From Octopus sinensis (taxonomy: Eukaryota), in the NCBI RefSeq assembly GCF_006345805.1, contig NC_043007.1, forward strand, positions 37,882,001-37,946,000: DNA of 64,000 bases, given 5' to 3'. Under the pieces are notes generated by a model that was given only the letters and a program-made list of their open reading frames with translations, was not told the DNA's origin and ran no database searches. The translations under genes were made by a program, and so were the position numbers. This document shows positions 12,621-24,300 of this stretch, in pieces. Numbering within the stretch: position 1 is the first letter of the stretch; each line of letters opens with the position of its first letter.

Positions 12621-13551
12621 GATGGTTTGGAGGCAGGAAAGAGCAGTAAAAAGATATGATTTAGAGGAATGATGCAGTTTAGCAGTCAATGGGGGAATGA
12701 TTAGACAGTATTTTGCATAGAGGTCAGGTGATATTGGCACCCAGCAATAGATGGTGAGAGAAGTGGCTTCTGTAGCAAGTAGAATTGAAGAGAACATTGA
12801 ATGGCTGTAAAATATGTGCCAAATACTGAAGAATTTGGAAGCTCAAAAAAGAAAAAAAAAATGCTAAACTCAGAGATCATGGAGTCTCTCCAGATTGAGC
12901 CACTACTTCATACCAAGAGGTCAGTACAAACAAAGTTAAAATGCCTCAGAAAAGGACCACAAGAAAGATTCTTCAAGCCAAGTCAACTAGCAGAAGGCCT
13001 AGGAGTAGACCAAGAATGAAATGGTTGTATAACATTCATAATCTCAGTTGGTCATGCTTGGGAATACAGCCAGAAAATCTAATGATGATTGGTGCCTGAG
13101 GACTTCATTCCCAGACCCTACTCAGGAATAGCATGTGGAGAAAATGAATGGATAGAAGAAAAAAAGGCAAGTCAAAGAATTTTTATACATTTTATTTTTG
13201 GTGTTGATCAGGGCTACCCATTAATTAAAAATTTGCTGCTTATCTTATCCCAACGAAATGTAACATTGAAGCCCCCATATGTCAAGATTAGCTATGCATC
13301 TGTAGATATATACATAGGCTGAGGCAAGATTTCAAACAGAAAACATTTAAATATTTTATCACTTATAATAATAATAATAATAATAATAATGAGTTTATTG
13401 TATACAGTACTCAAGTGCACTACACACACACACACATACATGCTTTCTCTTCAACAGCAAATTCCATTAGAAGGGAAAATGCAAAACAAAAAGCTGATGA
13501 TCTTTTCAGTAATAGAGTACTAACAAAGTAATTGAAAACACGGGAGCTAAA

Positions 13552-13713
13552 GGCGTAGGAGTGGCTGTGTGGTAAGTAGCTTGCTTACAAACTACATGGT
13601 TCTGGGTTCAGTCCCACTGCATGGCACCTTGGGCAAGTGTCTTCTACTATAGCCTCGGGCCGACCAAAGCCTTGTGAGTGGATTTGGTAGAGGGAAACTG
13701 AAAGAAGCCCGTC

Positions 13714-13770
<57 letters not shown>

Positions 13771-13956
13771 ATGTGTGTGTATATGTTTGTGTGTCAGTCC
13801 CCCCAACATCGCTTGACAACCGATGCTGGTTTGGCAAAATAGACAGATAGAATAAGTACTAGGTGTACAAAGAATAAGTCTTGGGGTCGATGTGCTCGAC
13901 TAAAGGTGGTGCTCCAACATGGCCACAGTCAAATGACTGAAACAAGTAAAAGAGTA
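13552..13956 (+). mobile_element. tRNA-derived SINE family C with central microsatellite
   Basis: Head ggcgtaggagtggctgtgtggtaag...ggttcagtcc (A/B-box-like). Homologues at 40579-40977 (+), 26901-27290 (-), 7085-7522 (-), 5655-5812 (-) and 52930-53093 (-). Confidence 0.8.
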
Positions 13957-14089
13957 TACCAAAAGTAAGGCAAAAGTTGGTATAACTTTATTTTGTTTTT
14001 TATTGCACATGTTCATACAGTAACTCTTCCTTTGTAGTAACTTCTCTTACTGTTCATTGCAGGAAAAATAATAGGCAAGTAGAAACAAC

Positions 14090-15030
14090 ATACTGTCATT
14101 AAGTTCTTGATGAAGGAGAGGCACAAGCTATTTGGCACACAGAGAAAGCTAAAGGTTGATTACAGTTATGAGACCACTGACAAGAGCAATGTGCACAGAT
14201 GGATGAATAAATTTAAAAAGAAAAACTATCATTGCAGACAAAGCATGTAGTGAGAGACAATCAACTGTGACCACTAACATGAACTGCCAGCAAGTGGATA
14301 AACTAATTCTTGGAGATATGAGTAAAAACCATAAAATTGCCACACAACTATACTGTACTCACAATGCATAGCAGAAGACTTTGGGTAGCAGAAAATGGGT
14401 GTAAATTGGATGGTCAGTTGACACCTGAATTGAAGGTGGCATGTAAAATGCATCATCTAAATGTGGTCGATGTCAGTGCCCCCTGACTGGCTCCTGTACC
14501 GATGGCATGTAAAAAATACCATCTGAACGTGGTCAATGTCAGTGCCCCCCGACTGGCTCCCACGTCAGTGGCACGTAAGAAACACTATCCGAATGTGATT
14601 GGTGCCAGGCCTGCCTCATTGGCTCCTGTGCCAGTGGCATGTAAAAAGCATCCACTACACTCTTCGAGTGGTTGGTGTTAGGAAAGGCATCCAGCTGTAG
14701 AAATATTACCAGATCAGATTGGAGCCTGGTGCAGCCACTGGCTTTCCAGACCTCAGTCAAACTGTCCAATCCATGCCAGCATGGAAAACGGACGTTAAAA
14801 CCACGATGATGATGATAATACTCAATTTCAGTCTTTTTTGATCTAACTGAAAGATAGTTTCAGGAGCAAAGATTTGATGACAGAGAGGAGATGAAAGTAG
14901 TTGTAAAGAAGAGGGTACAACAGTGCACATGTCAATTTTTTTTAGGAGGATTGAAGTGTCAGTCTCAACAATAGCATGGCTATTCAACAAATGCATAACT
15001 TGTGATGGAAACTATGTTGAGTAGAACCTT
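14090..15030 (+). pseudogene. Highly decayed mariner-like transposase, internally deleted and interrupted by repeat D (14455-14815)
   Basis: 5' part reads DKSNVHRWMNKF...IADKACSERQSTVTT (mariner HTH region). 3' part reads QEQRFDDREEMKVVVK...KCITCDGNYVE* (mariner C-terminus). Confidence 0.5.
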
Positions 15031-16273
15031 TGAAGAGAGGAAGAATGTGTAATTTGAATGACCTATGTCAGTTAATTCGAAAGTCAGACCCATGCTGCAT
15101 TACTTTCGGTATAACCCTCGTACAAAATCAAAACAGGTTTACCAAATAGTTACACATTTACTAAGTAAGATAAATTGTTTCAGGGAAGTTTTTTAAGAAT
15201 ATATTTCATTGCACTAATAATCAGTTTTTTTTTTACCTTTTGTTTTTATAGTAATCTTAAAAGTTGAAAGTCAAAATATAAACATCACAATATTTAAAAT
15301 CAGCGCAGCAAAGTCTTAGATGTAGTATTATAAAACTTATTGAAACTTTACAGCTGACTTCAAGAAAAATGGCAGAATGAAATTTGTGCTGGTCAGCGTT
15401 GCAAACAATGAAATTCATAAAGAAAATAGAAACATTGATATTTCGAGGCTGTGCCCTAAAATTTGACCCCTCTCAATCGAAGGAAACAGTACCATCCGAA
15501 ACGCAAGATTTCTAGTTACACAACACTATGAACTTATCCATCTTCTCTACTGACGACTTCACCATATCCACTATCATTAAAATACCAAGGAAAATAAAAT
15601 AGCAAGAATTGCCTCCCTTGCATCTTTATTGTATACGTATCTACTTGAAGAAACTGAGAAAATGACGAAACGATAATTTATAATTAAATATGGATTGTAA
15701 TTATATTGATTGTTATTAATTATATTGTTATATTGATTGTTATTTCCTTTTTTTATTGAAATACACTATCCCACGAAGGAGCCTCTCCGGGAAGGTATCT
15801 TGTAAAAATAGCAGCAGGCTCTATACGATGGTAAAAAAAGCAAAACAAAACTGAAATAGAGATGCATTAGATAAGTCAGTCTTAGATAAAATGTCTGAAG
15901 AGACGGGTGGTCATGTCTGAAGAGACGGGATGGCCATGTCTGGAAAACCGCTGACTTGAGAGTAAACTATTCAGAGCAAGCATGTTTTTTCCATACAATT
16001 ATTACTTATGGCATGTGCATATCAAGCAGTAGACGACTTTGTTTTGGATTGTTACTCAAAAATAAAATTTATTGAGTAGCTAACGGGTTTAATATTCACA
16101 CTTCTTACACAAAATACACCATAGGGGCCTTATTTATCAAGATTATTTAACGATTCCTATTGTTAAAGAAAACCTCGGCAAGGTTTGGACGGGAGAATGT
16201 AAAGGGAAGTAACTCCATTCGCTTGTCTCAAATTTTGTCGGATGATTTTTGTTATTCATCTAAATATTAAATA

Positions 16274-16787
16274 CTAGCAGTATCGCCCGGCGTTGCTCGG
16301 ATTTGTAAGGGAAATAACTATATAAGCATTTTTAGAGAGTTACTTCCCTTATAGATGCCAATTCGGGCTTTCTTAGCCATTTCTGTTTTGGTGTCTTCAA
16401 GCCATGAAGTCGTTGTTCTAAAAGAACGCTGGTCTCCTTGACAATGCTTTACGACGTTGATTTCCTTACACTCCCTTCCCCACAGCTTCACGAGGGAGGG
16501 AAGAAGGGGGATAAGCAACACAGGTGCAGCTGTGAGCGTGGACGCCAACTCCGCCGCCATCGACACACGAAAAATTATGCATTAAAATGGAATAAAAAAT
16601 GATGTTAAATTATTTTTAAAATCGTAGACTCATCGTAGACGCGCGCTAATAGCCAGACGGGCTCGATATGAATCACGACTATAAGATACCCGAATTTGGT
16701 TAAACTGCACCGCAAAATGTGGGAGTAGTTAGGAATCTAAATCGAAGGGGACAGACACTCACACAACTACAGTTTTATATATATAGA
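16274..16787 (-). mobile_element. Non-autonomous Helitron
   Basis: Minus strand runs A|TCTATATATATAAA ... ccgagcaacgccggg hairpin, then gatactgCTAG|T. This gives 5'-TC, a 3' hairpin plus CTAG, an A|T target and no TSD. Confidence 0.8.
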
Positions 16788-17271
16788 TTATTCGTCAGTA
16801 ACTACCTAAATAAATTAAAACAATAATAAAGACTAATACTGGTTTTATATCCTCTGCACACAGCAATGAATAATTATACCAAGTCAGCTTTTGGATGCTG
16901 CCAGCATTTATATATTGTAATACCTCCTCACTCTCTCACACACACACACGTACATATACACACTTTCTTTTATTTACCTAGTACAATTAATATAATCAAA
17001 AATGTGTGTGTGTGCGTGTGTAAGTGTGTGAGTGCATGTGTGCGTGTGTGTAGAAAGAGGAGGCGGAGAGCGTATCAGAACTAGAAGCCTGACCCGAATG
17101 CTTGCAATTCCGCTAAAGTTATCTAAGTTGCTAGTTGATAAGAGTTAAGTCGATCACCCTAGCGGGATTTAAACTCAGAACGCAAAGGGCCGAAACAAAT
17201 ACTGCAAGGCAGATCTGATCAGACGTTTTTACAGTCCTGTCAATTCACCGCCTTGGATTGGTACTTAACTC

Positions 17272-18038
17272 GGATCATTTCGGTTTGAACGGCAGTTCTT
17301 TCTAGCGGTGTCATATGAAGTTGTCACCTATAATTATGACCCTAGTATCGATCTATTGCATTTCAATCTGTTTTAGGGTTTGGGTTGGTTAGGGTTAGGG
17401 GTGGGGGGAAGGTATCTTTTTTTCTTCACAAATGTAAGTAAACCCAATCTGTTTCTTAAACGAGGGACATATTCATACGGCACAGAATGTGTTTTTTTAC
17501 CTCAATAGACGTCAGTGATTGGTTGAAATTGCAGAAATTGAAGAAAAAACAACAAATATCTTACAAACTATAGAATTTTCTCAATGTGTGGAAGCACTCG
17601 TGAAATTAACGTGTAAGTGGCTGAGCACTCCACAGACACGTGTACCCCTAACGTAGTTCTCGGGGATATTCAGCGTGACACAGAGAGTGACAAGGCCGGC
17701 CCTTTGAAATACAGGTACAACAGAAACAGGAAGTAAGAGTGAGAGAAAGTTGTGGTGAAAGAGTACAGCAGGGATCACCACCATCCCTGCCGGAGCCTCA
17801 GGTGTTTTCGCTCAATAAACACTCACAACGCCCGGTCCGGGAATCCAAACCGCGATCCTATGACCGCGAGTCCGCTGCCCTAACCACTGGGCCATTGCGC
17901 TTCCACAATAGAATTTTCTCAATAAAGCCAAGAGAAAAAGATGTTTTATAAACACATTCTACCAGTATACGAAGTTTAAAAGTGTTTAGTTACGTGGAAA
18001 TTATTTTTAAAAAACTGCCGTTCAAACCGAAAAGATCC
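17272..18038. mobile_element. GGATC-ended non-autonomous DNA transposon with 8-bp TSD, containing a SINE
   Basis: TIRs ggatcatttcggtttgaacggcagtt / aactgccgttcaaaccgaaaagatcc. TSD cttaactc at 17264-17271 and 18039-18046. Confidence 0.9.
17586..17907 (-). mobile_element. tRNA-derived SINE family B with 16-bp TSD
   Basis: TSD atagaattttctcaat at 17570-17585 and 17908-17923. Head gtggaagcgcaatggcccagtggttaggg...ggtttggattcc. Confidence 0.9.
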
Positions 18039-19364
18039 CTTAACTCTGAAAGGATAAAAGGCCTCAGCGAAACTTGAACTCAGAGCACAAAGTAGGAACA
18101 AATACTACCAAGCATTCTGCCCGACAGCTCTAATGACTACGCTAAATTTCAGGTAGAAATCGGTAAAGCATCGGACTAAATGCAGTATTTATTTACATTC
18201 CTTTACGTTCTTAATCAAATTCTGCTAAGGGTCGACTTTGTCTTTTCATTTTTCTGGGGCCGTTAGAATTATACAATAGTCCCTCCCAAAAATATGTGAG
18301 ATTGAGCCGATCGTTACTAAATTATCCTTTCCAGCCTTTACGGATTACATTCGTGAGTTCCGTTAAGTCGGTCAGTTGGTCCTCATTTCTTTTATTGCCG
18401 ACATTATTAATGAGCCACGCAGTTTCATGATTTTACATGTTTATCCAGGGTCAATCGGTGGATCTTAATTTTAAAGTCTGCAAAATAAAGAAAGAAAGAA
18501 AAGAAAAGGAAAACCTCGTCTACATTTCATTTTGGTGATTATGTTTAATGCAAGGTCGACCAGTTTGATTTAATCCATTGCTTTAATTCAACAGCACTAC
18601 ACGGTCAGTGAGTGATTTTAGCGGAGTCCATTATGTCGCAAGCATACGGGAAAGGTCTCTAGACAGAAGACAATTTCTCCACTACGTCACACTGGTCTCA
18701 GAGTCCTTGTATAAAATCAAAGACAAATGTCCATCATTAAAAAAAAAAGAGTATTTCAACTGTGACTACCTTGTATTACTTGTATATTTTATCTCATTTA
18801 CTGACATTCTATCGTTTTAAGGATGGCAATTGTCCAACTTGTGCCAGCTGATTTCTCGGCTCATGTATTTGGCAATGTCTCTCATGTGCTGGAGATTGCT
18901 GAAAACACTCACACACACACACACAATAAATTTCCCCGTAAACTGCCGAGAATCAGGAAATCAGCTAGCACAAGCTTGACTATTACCATACTTAAAACGA
19001 AAAAAAACCAACTTTTTATTTCAAACGTATCGAAGACTACATCATTCAATTATTTATTTTTCGTTTTTTTGTTGTTTTTTTTATGACGGTAGAGTGAGAT
19101 TTGGGAAAGATTTAGCCGATATTTTTAGCAGGTTGAGCCATCGCGGAGAAACTCCCGTCATGGTTCCTTTGTTTTGTTGTTCAACTGTTGAAATTTACTA
19201 CTAACAGTAAATGGATGAAAGAGATTGGATCCCTTATTTCTATACCTTTAACGTATCACCCAAACAGAATACATATGACTGTAACAAGGCTGGCTGCTTA
19301 AAATCTACAAGTACACTTTATCTGAGTGGGGTTAGTAACACAGTTCTCATACGTTTCTCTAACT

Positions 19365-19600
19365 TAGTGGTTCTCAACCGGGATCCATATGGCCCTTGAT
19401 GAGGAGGGGTGGTCCATATGTGCAATGAATCCTCATACCATACACAAATTATTTTAAGTTTTTATTATACAATTCCTAATAATATTTTACTATAAAAATA
19501 CAGTAAGATTTTTTTATATACATCGAATGGCTATGGAGATCCAATAGAGTAAAATATGAATTAAAGGGATCCATAAGCAAAAAATAGTAGAGAACCATTG
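19365..19600. mobile_element. hAT (Charlie-like) MITE
   Basis: TIRs tagtggttctcaac / gtagagaaccattg. Flanks ctctaact and gtctaacc match at 6 of 8 positions and are nTCTAnnn-like. Confidence 0.65.
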
Positions 19601-20450
19601 GTCTAACCTCTCTCACAAGGTTTTCGTCGACATGATAAAGACGCCCAATTTGCTGAGCTACAGGATCAAGCCTTGGATCTAGTGATTGCGAAATCAAGCC
19701 CTGGATTTAGTGCACGATAGAACAGAAAAAGAATATATATTTAACCACTAACAGATAAGAAGACTAAATTAAATTGCTTGGCCACATGGGTGCATATATT
19801 TAGATCAAAAGCTTTTAATTCCCGTTTGTCCCAAAGAAGGTAAACAATCCATTTTCGCATTCTATTGACTGAATACAAAGACCAGAAACTTTTTCCCACC
19901 AAAATACATTACATAATTACTTATGCTTAATGAATTAGATTCGCCATTAGCTAGAAAGGCAATAGTTGAGTTAAATGTGAGTATATTTATTTAATGTAGA
20001 GTTTAAAGACTCTAATAAGAAATATTTATGCGACTAATATTTTAATCAGTTCGGCAAGTACGGGAGACAACTTCAAACATGTCTCCGTTTTATTATACTT
20101 CCTCAGCGAAGCACAGACTTCACTGACATTGTTGAAATAGTGATAAGAGAATCACGAATCAGATATACAATACGTGAGTGGGACACAGAAAATTAGTATG
20201 TTCAGTTTAAAAAATAAATCACTGAATTTAATTATTCTTAATAGCTATTTTTCTTTGGATTTGAACAATAATTATATAAATTCGAAACATTGATATTTTT
20301 TACGTTCATATATGATTACAAAATATGAACGAGCTTTCGCAGTCGTATTGCGTCAGTAAAATTAAAGTTATTTGTTATTTCAGCAAATGTAAACGGATTG
20401 CTATTGAGCACCAAAAGAAGCCTGATTCATCAGATCTAAGATCAAATACA

Positions 20451-20678
20451 GGATCTTTACCTTTTGACCAACAGATTTAAAAAATAATTTTTGTAACTAA
20501 ACACTTTCAAACTTCGGACACTGGTAGAATGTGTCATATAAAGCATCTTTTACTCTTAGCATTTTTGAGAAAAACTTATATTTACGAAGTAATTTCACGT
20601 TAAATTAGTCCTATTTCGGTAATTTCAACCAATCAATGACGTGTATTCAGATGAATAAAATTACTGCCGTTGTTTGTA
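20451..20678 (+). mobile_element. Solo, truncated arm of the 4668-5302 foldback family
   Basis: Near-identical to 4668-4895; no second arm found. Confidence 0.8.
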
Positions 20679-21039
20679 TCCCCCCCCCCTTTGACAGCGT
20701 ATCTAAGACTATATATCATGCAATGAATCCTTGTTTTTTGTTTGTGTTTCTTTTCATAGACAGTACGTGAGATATGAGAAATCTAGGCTGTTTTCTTTCC
20801 TCTCATGTCGAACGACAATATAAATCAGTCGTGAGCACACTCCTTACTTTCTGAATGGCACGCCTAAATTTTCGTTAGGCGTGCCAGTCAGGAAATTGAC
20901 GTGCCTATTTTTCTTTCTTCCATTTTTTTTTCTTCATTATTATTTTGGAGGGAGAAGCCTAGTCGTTTGCATCGATCCCCCAAAGCCAGAAAGGGATCAG
21001 AACATAAAAAGAAATCCATCTAAACACTTTCTCTAGTAT

Positions 21040-21470
21040 TAACGATTCTGCCAGCTCGCTGCCTTGCTAAATATAAGCAGTATTTATCCTTTTCTACTCT
21101 AGGCACAAGGCCCGAAATTTGGGGTGAGGGGGCCAGTCGACTAGATCGACTCCAGTACGCAACTAGTACTTAATTTATCGACCCCGAAAGAATGAAAGGT
21201 AAAGTTGACCTCGGCGGAATTTGAACTCAGAACGTAAAGACAGACGAAATACCTATTTCTTTATTACCCACAAGGGGCTAAACACAGAGAGGACAAACAA
21301 GGACAGACAAACGGATTAAATCGATTATATCGAACCCAGTGCATAACTGGTACTTAATTTATCGACCCCGAAAGGATGAAAGGCAAAGTCAACCTCGGCG
21401 GAATTTGAACTCAGAACGTAGCGGCAGACGACGCTAAGCATTTCCTCCGGCGTGCTAACGATTCTTCCAT
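21040..21470 (-). mobile_element. Nested/composite family A SINE cluster
   Basis: Repeated actggtacttaatttatcgaccccgaaag...gaactcagaacg blocks. The same composite occurs at about 25271-25670. Other family A copies at about 34595-34830 and 51830-52170. Confidence 0.8.
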
Positions 21471-22706
21471 GAGTTCACACACGCACACACAATAGGCAGT
21501 ATGTATGAGTCTATCAACGTCTACGTCCAAACACAAGCCATTTTACTAAAAAACGAATAAAAGAAATAAATGACACGGTGTGTCTTGTTTGTTTACGAAC
21601 AGAGAAAAGTCAGCGAGGGGGAAATTCCTGGCTGATGACAGTCAGCCGGAGACGAAATATCTGAGGCCAATTAAGTCTCTGTAAAGAAACCACCTGAACA
21701 GTCCAATTTGGGCAACTAGCCACACGATAAACATATACTCAAACTCTAAAAATGTATTAGAGATAATGTATTGCTTGCTAGTCGTGGTTGTTTGTTTTTC
21801 GCCTTTTTTTTTTGTGATTTTTGTTTACTCCTTGAACTTCGTTGTTTGGGGAAGGTGTGGAGAGGAAGGATTACGGCAAACGAAAGTCGTATTTAGCGCA
21901 AACAAAAACAATGATTAGGTATTGTTTTGTATTTTTACTGTATCTTTATTATCTTTTTGGTCAGAGACAAAAAAATCGGCAATAAACTTGGTAGAAGTGT
22001 GTGTGTGTGTGTGCGTGCATGAGAGAGAATTACAAGGAGAGAAACAAATAGAGAGTGAGCTATAAGGAGAGAGAGAGAGAGAGAGAGGTAAACAGATAGA
22101 GTGACAATTAGATAAGCTACAAAGTTTGAAATCGGCAGGACACTGATGATGGCAGGGGTGTTGTGAGGCAAAGTGGGTGAGAGAATGTTAGCGTAGATCT
22201 GACGTCTTCAGTTGACCGTAACAGGCTAATTAAATACTAAGTCCCACCACTATCTAAAGTTAACACAAACATCACCACGCTTACAATGCATAACAGGAGT
22301 CCGAACTAACGATAGAGCCTCTACGTGGCAGTTCGGCCTACACGAAACAACAGCCAAATGACCCTCAAATCACACCTTACCGTATTAAAAAAAAAAAAAA
22401 AAAAAAAAAGAGGTTGGATAATACATTCTTGGGTTCCTTGAACATAGGAAAAAGGCAGTATGGTGAGGGCTGGAATGGGTCTCCTCGATCAGGGCCGGCT
22501 GCCAGCGTCAATTTTCTGTTCGAAATGATTTCATATTCAGTGTAAAGATACACTTTTATAAGGCTAATTAATGACGTGAAAGTAATTTTCACTATAAATT
22601 AATAAATAAAGAATTAGTAATTAAAGTTTGAAAATTTTGGTAATTTCAGCCAATCGTAAGCCACTGACACTTCATGTCTGTTTCGAACATAAGAACTCTT
22701 TTGCCT

Positions 22707-22720
22707 GTTGCCATAGTAAC
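22707..22720. promoter_or_regulatory. RFX X-box motif
   Basis: GTTGCCATAGTAAC matches GTYNCY-AT-RGNAAC. CCAAT at 22650-22654 and a second GGCAAC half-site at 22796-22801. Function untested. Confidence 0.4.
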
Positions 22721-22914
22721 CGTCTTTGAAAATCCTCCTTGGATTTTCGAGGAAGCACATGTTGAGAAATTTGACGCTGCGTTCTGTGTGATTATGGCAA
22801 CAAGCTCCAGTAACTTCCCTTCTATTATGGTTTCTTTTTTCAGCAGTGAGGTGTGCTAAAAATAACAGCTAAATAAGATTTTTTGGATAAATCTTTTAAA
22901 TTAACAAACATTTA

Positions 22915-23420
22915 GGATCTTTTCCTTTTGAACGGGAAGATACCCTTCCCTAACCCTAAATCTAAAATAGATTGAAATGCAATAGATCGATACTAGGGTC
23001 ATAATTATATTTGCCACCGCTAGAAAAAGATCCCATTTTCCGTAGCGGTGTCGTATGAAATTGTCACCCATAATTATAACCCTAGTATCGATCTATTGCA
23101 TTTCAATCTATTTTAGGGTTAGGGGTGGGGGAAGGGTATCTTTTTTCTTCACAAATGTAAATAAACCCAATCTGTTTCTTAAAGGAGGGACATATTCATT
23201 ATGCACAGAATGTTATTTACCTAAATGAACTCCAGCGATTGGTTAAAATTGCCGAAATGCTCGAAATTAAAGACGAAATATGTTACAACATAAAGAATTT
23301 TCTCAATAAAGCCAAGAAAAAATGATGCTTTATAAACACATTCTACCAGTATACGAAGTTTAAAACTTTTTAGCTACCCAGAAATTATGTTACAAAGTGC
23401 CGTTCAAAAGGAAAAGATCC
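22915..23420. mobile_element. GGATC-ended element with 8-bp TSD and an internal inverted duplication
   Basis: TSD aacattta at 22907-22914 and 23421-23428. TIRs ggatcttttccttttgaacg / cgttcaaaaggaaaagatcc. Confidence 0.9.
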
Positions 23421-23772
23421 AACATTTATTTACATGAAAAAAAATTACCGGAGACATAACACGTGTGCAGTCATACACGACAAAATGTGCAGTCACGCAC
23501 AAAATGACAGCTTCTAAATCCTGTTTTCGGACTGAGTGAAAATGATCAAGCTATAATCCTCTACAACTTTTTAAAATATTTTTTCTGGAAAAAATGAAAT
23601 GACTCCAGCAATTCGGTTTGGGTGAGTGTATTATTGTGCCAAATTTTTAAAATTTCGGTAAACTTTAATTTGGAGCCGCTAGCAACCAAACCGAAAAGAT
23701 CCAATTTAAGGCTTTAGAAAATTCATCCTTATGTGAGCGTGTTGAAAGATCACGTGTTATTTATAATTTTTA

Positions 23773-23812
23773 CTAGCAGAGATACCCGGCGTTGCTCGTT
23801 TTTAAAACGGCA

Positions 23813-23857
<45 letters not shown>

Positions 23858-24300
23858 AGTTATGTTGAAACAGGTGAGACAAGAAAGTGCAATATTGACA
23901 AAACGGTTGTGGAGTAAATTTTAAGGCTTTGCAACTTGAGTATGGCACACCAATTCGAACAGAATTATCGTTTTCATATCTGAAAGCAGCTCCAGGTGTT
24001 GTGAAGAACAAATTTGTACGTCGTCTATTTCTGAGAGCTATTCTATTGGACCTCTGCGTAATCTGACGTGCTAAACGTTGTTTTAATGATTCCGCGTTAA
24101 GTGCTGCAGCACGCCTTTGCTGATCTTTGGAAAATGTCATGTCCCTTCTGTATTGAGACTCCATCTGACGGCCTGCAGCACGCCTTTGCTAATGATGCGA
24201 AAGTTTCATGTCTCTTATCTCTTGAGACTTTCACCTTCGGTTTTTTGCACTCCTCCTTGTTTTATAGGTGTTTCTAGAGAGATTACTTTTTTTTCTTTGG
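23773..24300 (-). mobile_element. Internally deleted Helitron carrying a RepHel N-terminal-like fragment; 5' end not located
   Basis: 3' end is a cgagcaacgccggg hairpin plus CTAG|T at 23773. ORF 23802-24164 has an R/Q-rich coil followed by AAFRYENDNSVRIG...CKALKF, resembling Helitron N-terminal AAF.Y...IG...C.ALKF. Confidence 0.6.

Noticed and set aside
15882-15950. Tandem atgtctgaagagacggg with CTGAAGA...GAAA
   Set aside because: A local duplication of about 22 bp within a common repeat; helices I and III are absent.
21625-21666. CTGATGA...GAAA-TAT-C hammerhead-like match
   Set aside because: Helix I is mismatched, helix II is only 3 bp with a 2-nt insertion, and a competing ggctga/tcagcc hairpin sequesters the core.
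22375-22390. Minus-strand splice donor ACG|GTAAGG
   Set aside because: It is part of a dispersed repeat motif (aaatcacaccctac-like) found many times in the window.
23429-23702. Additional GGATC-family right end (aaccgaaaagatcc at about 23689-23702)
   Set aside because: No matching left TIR or TSD was found, so it is not listed as a defined element.
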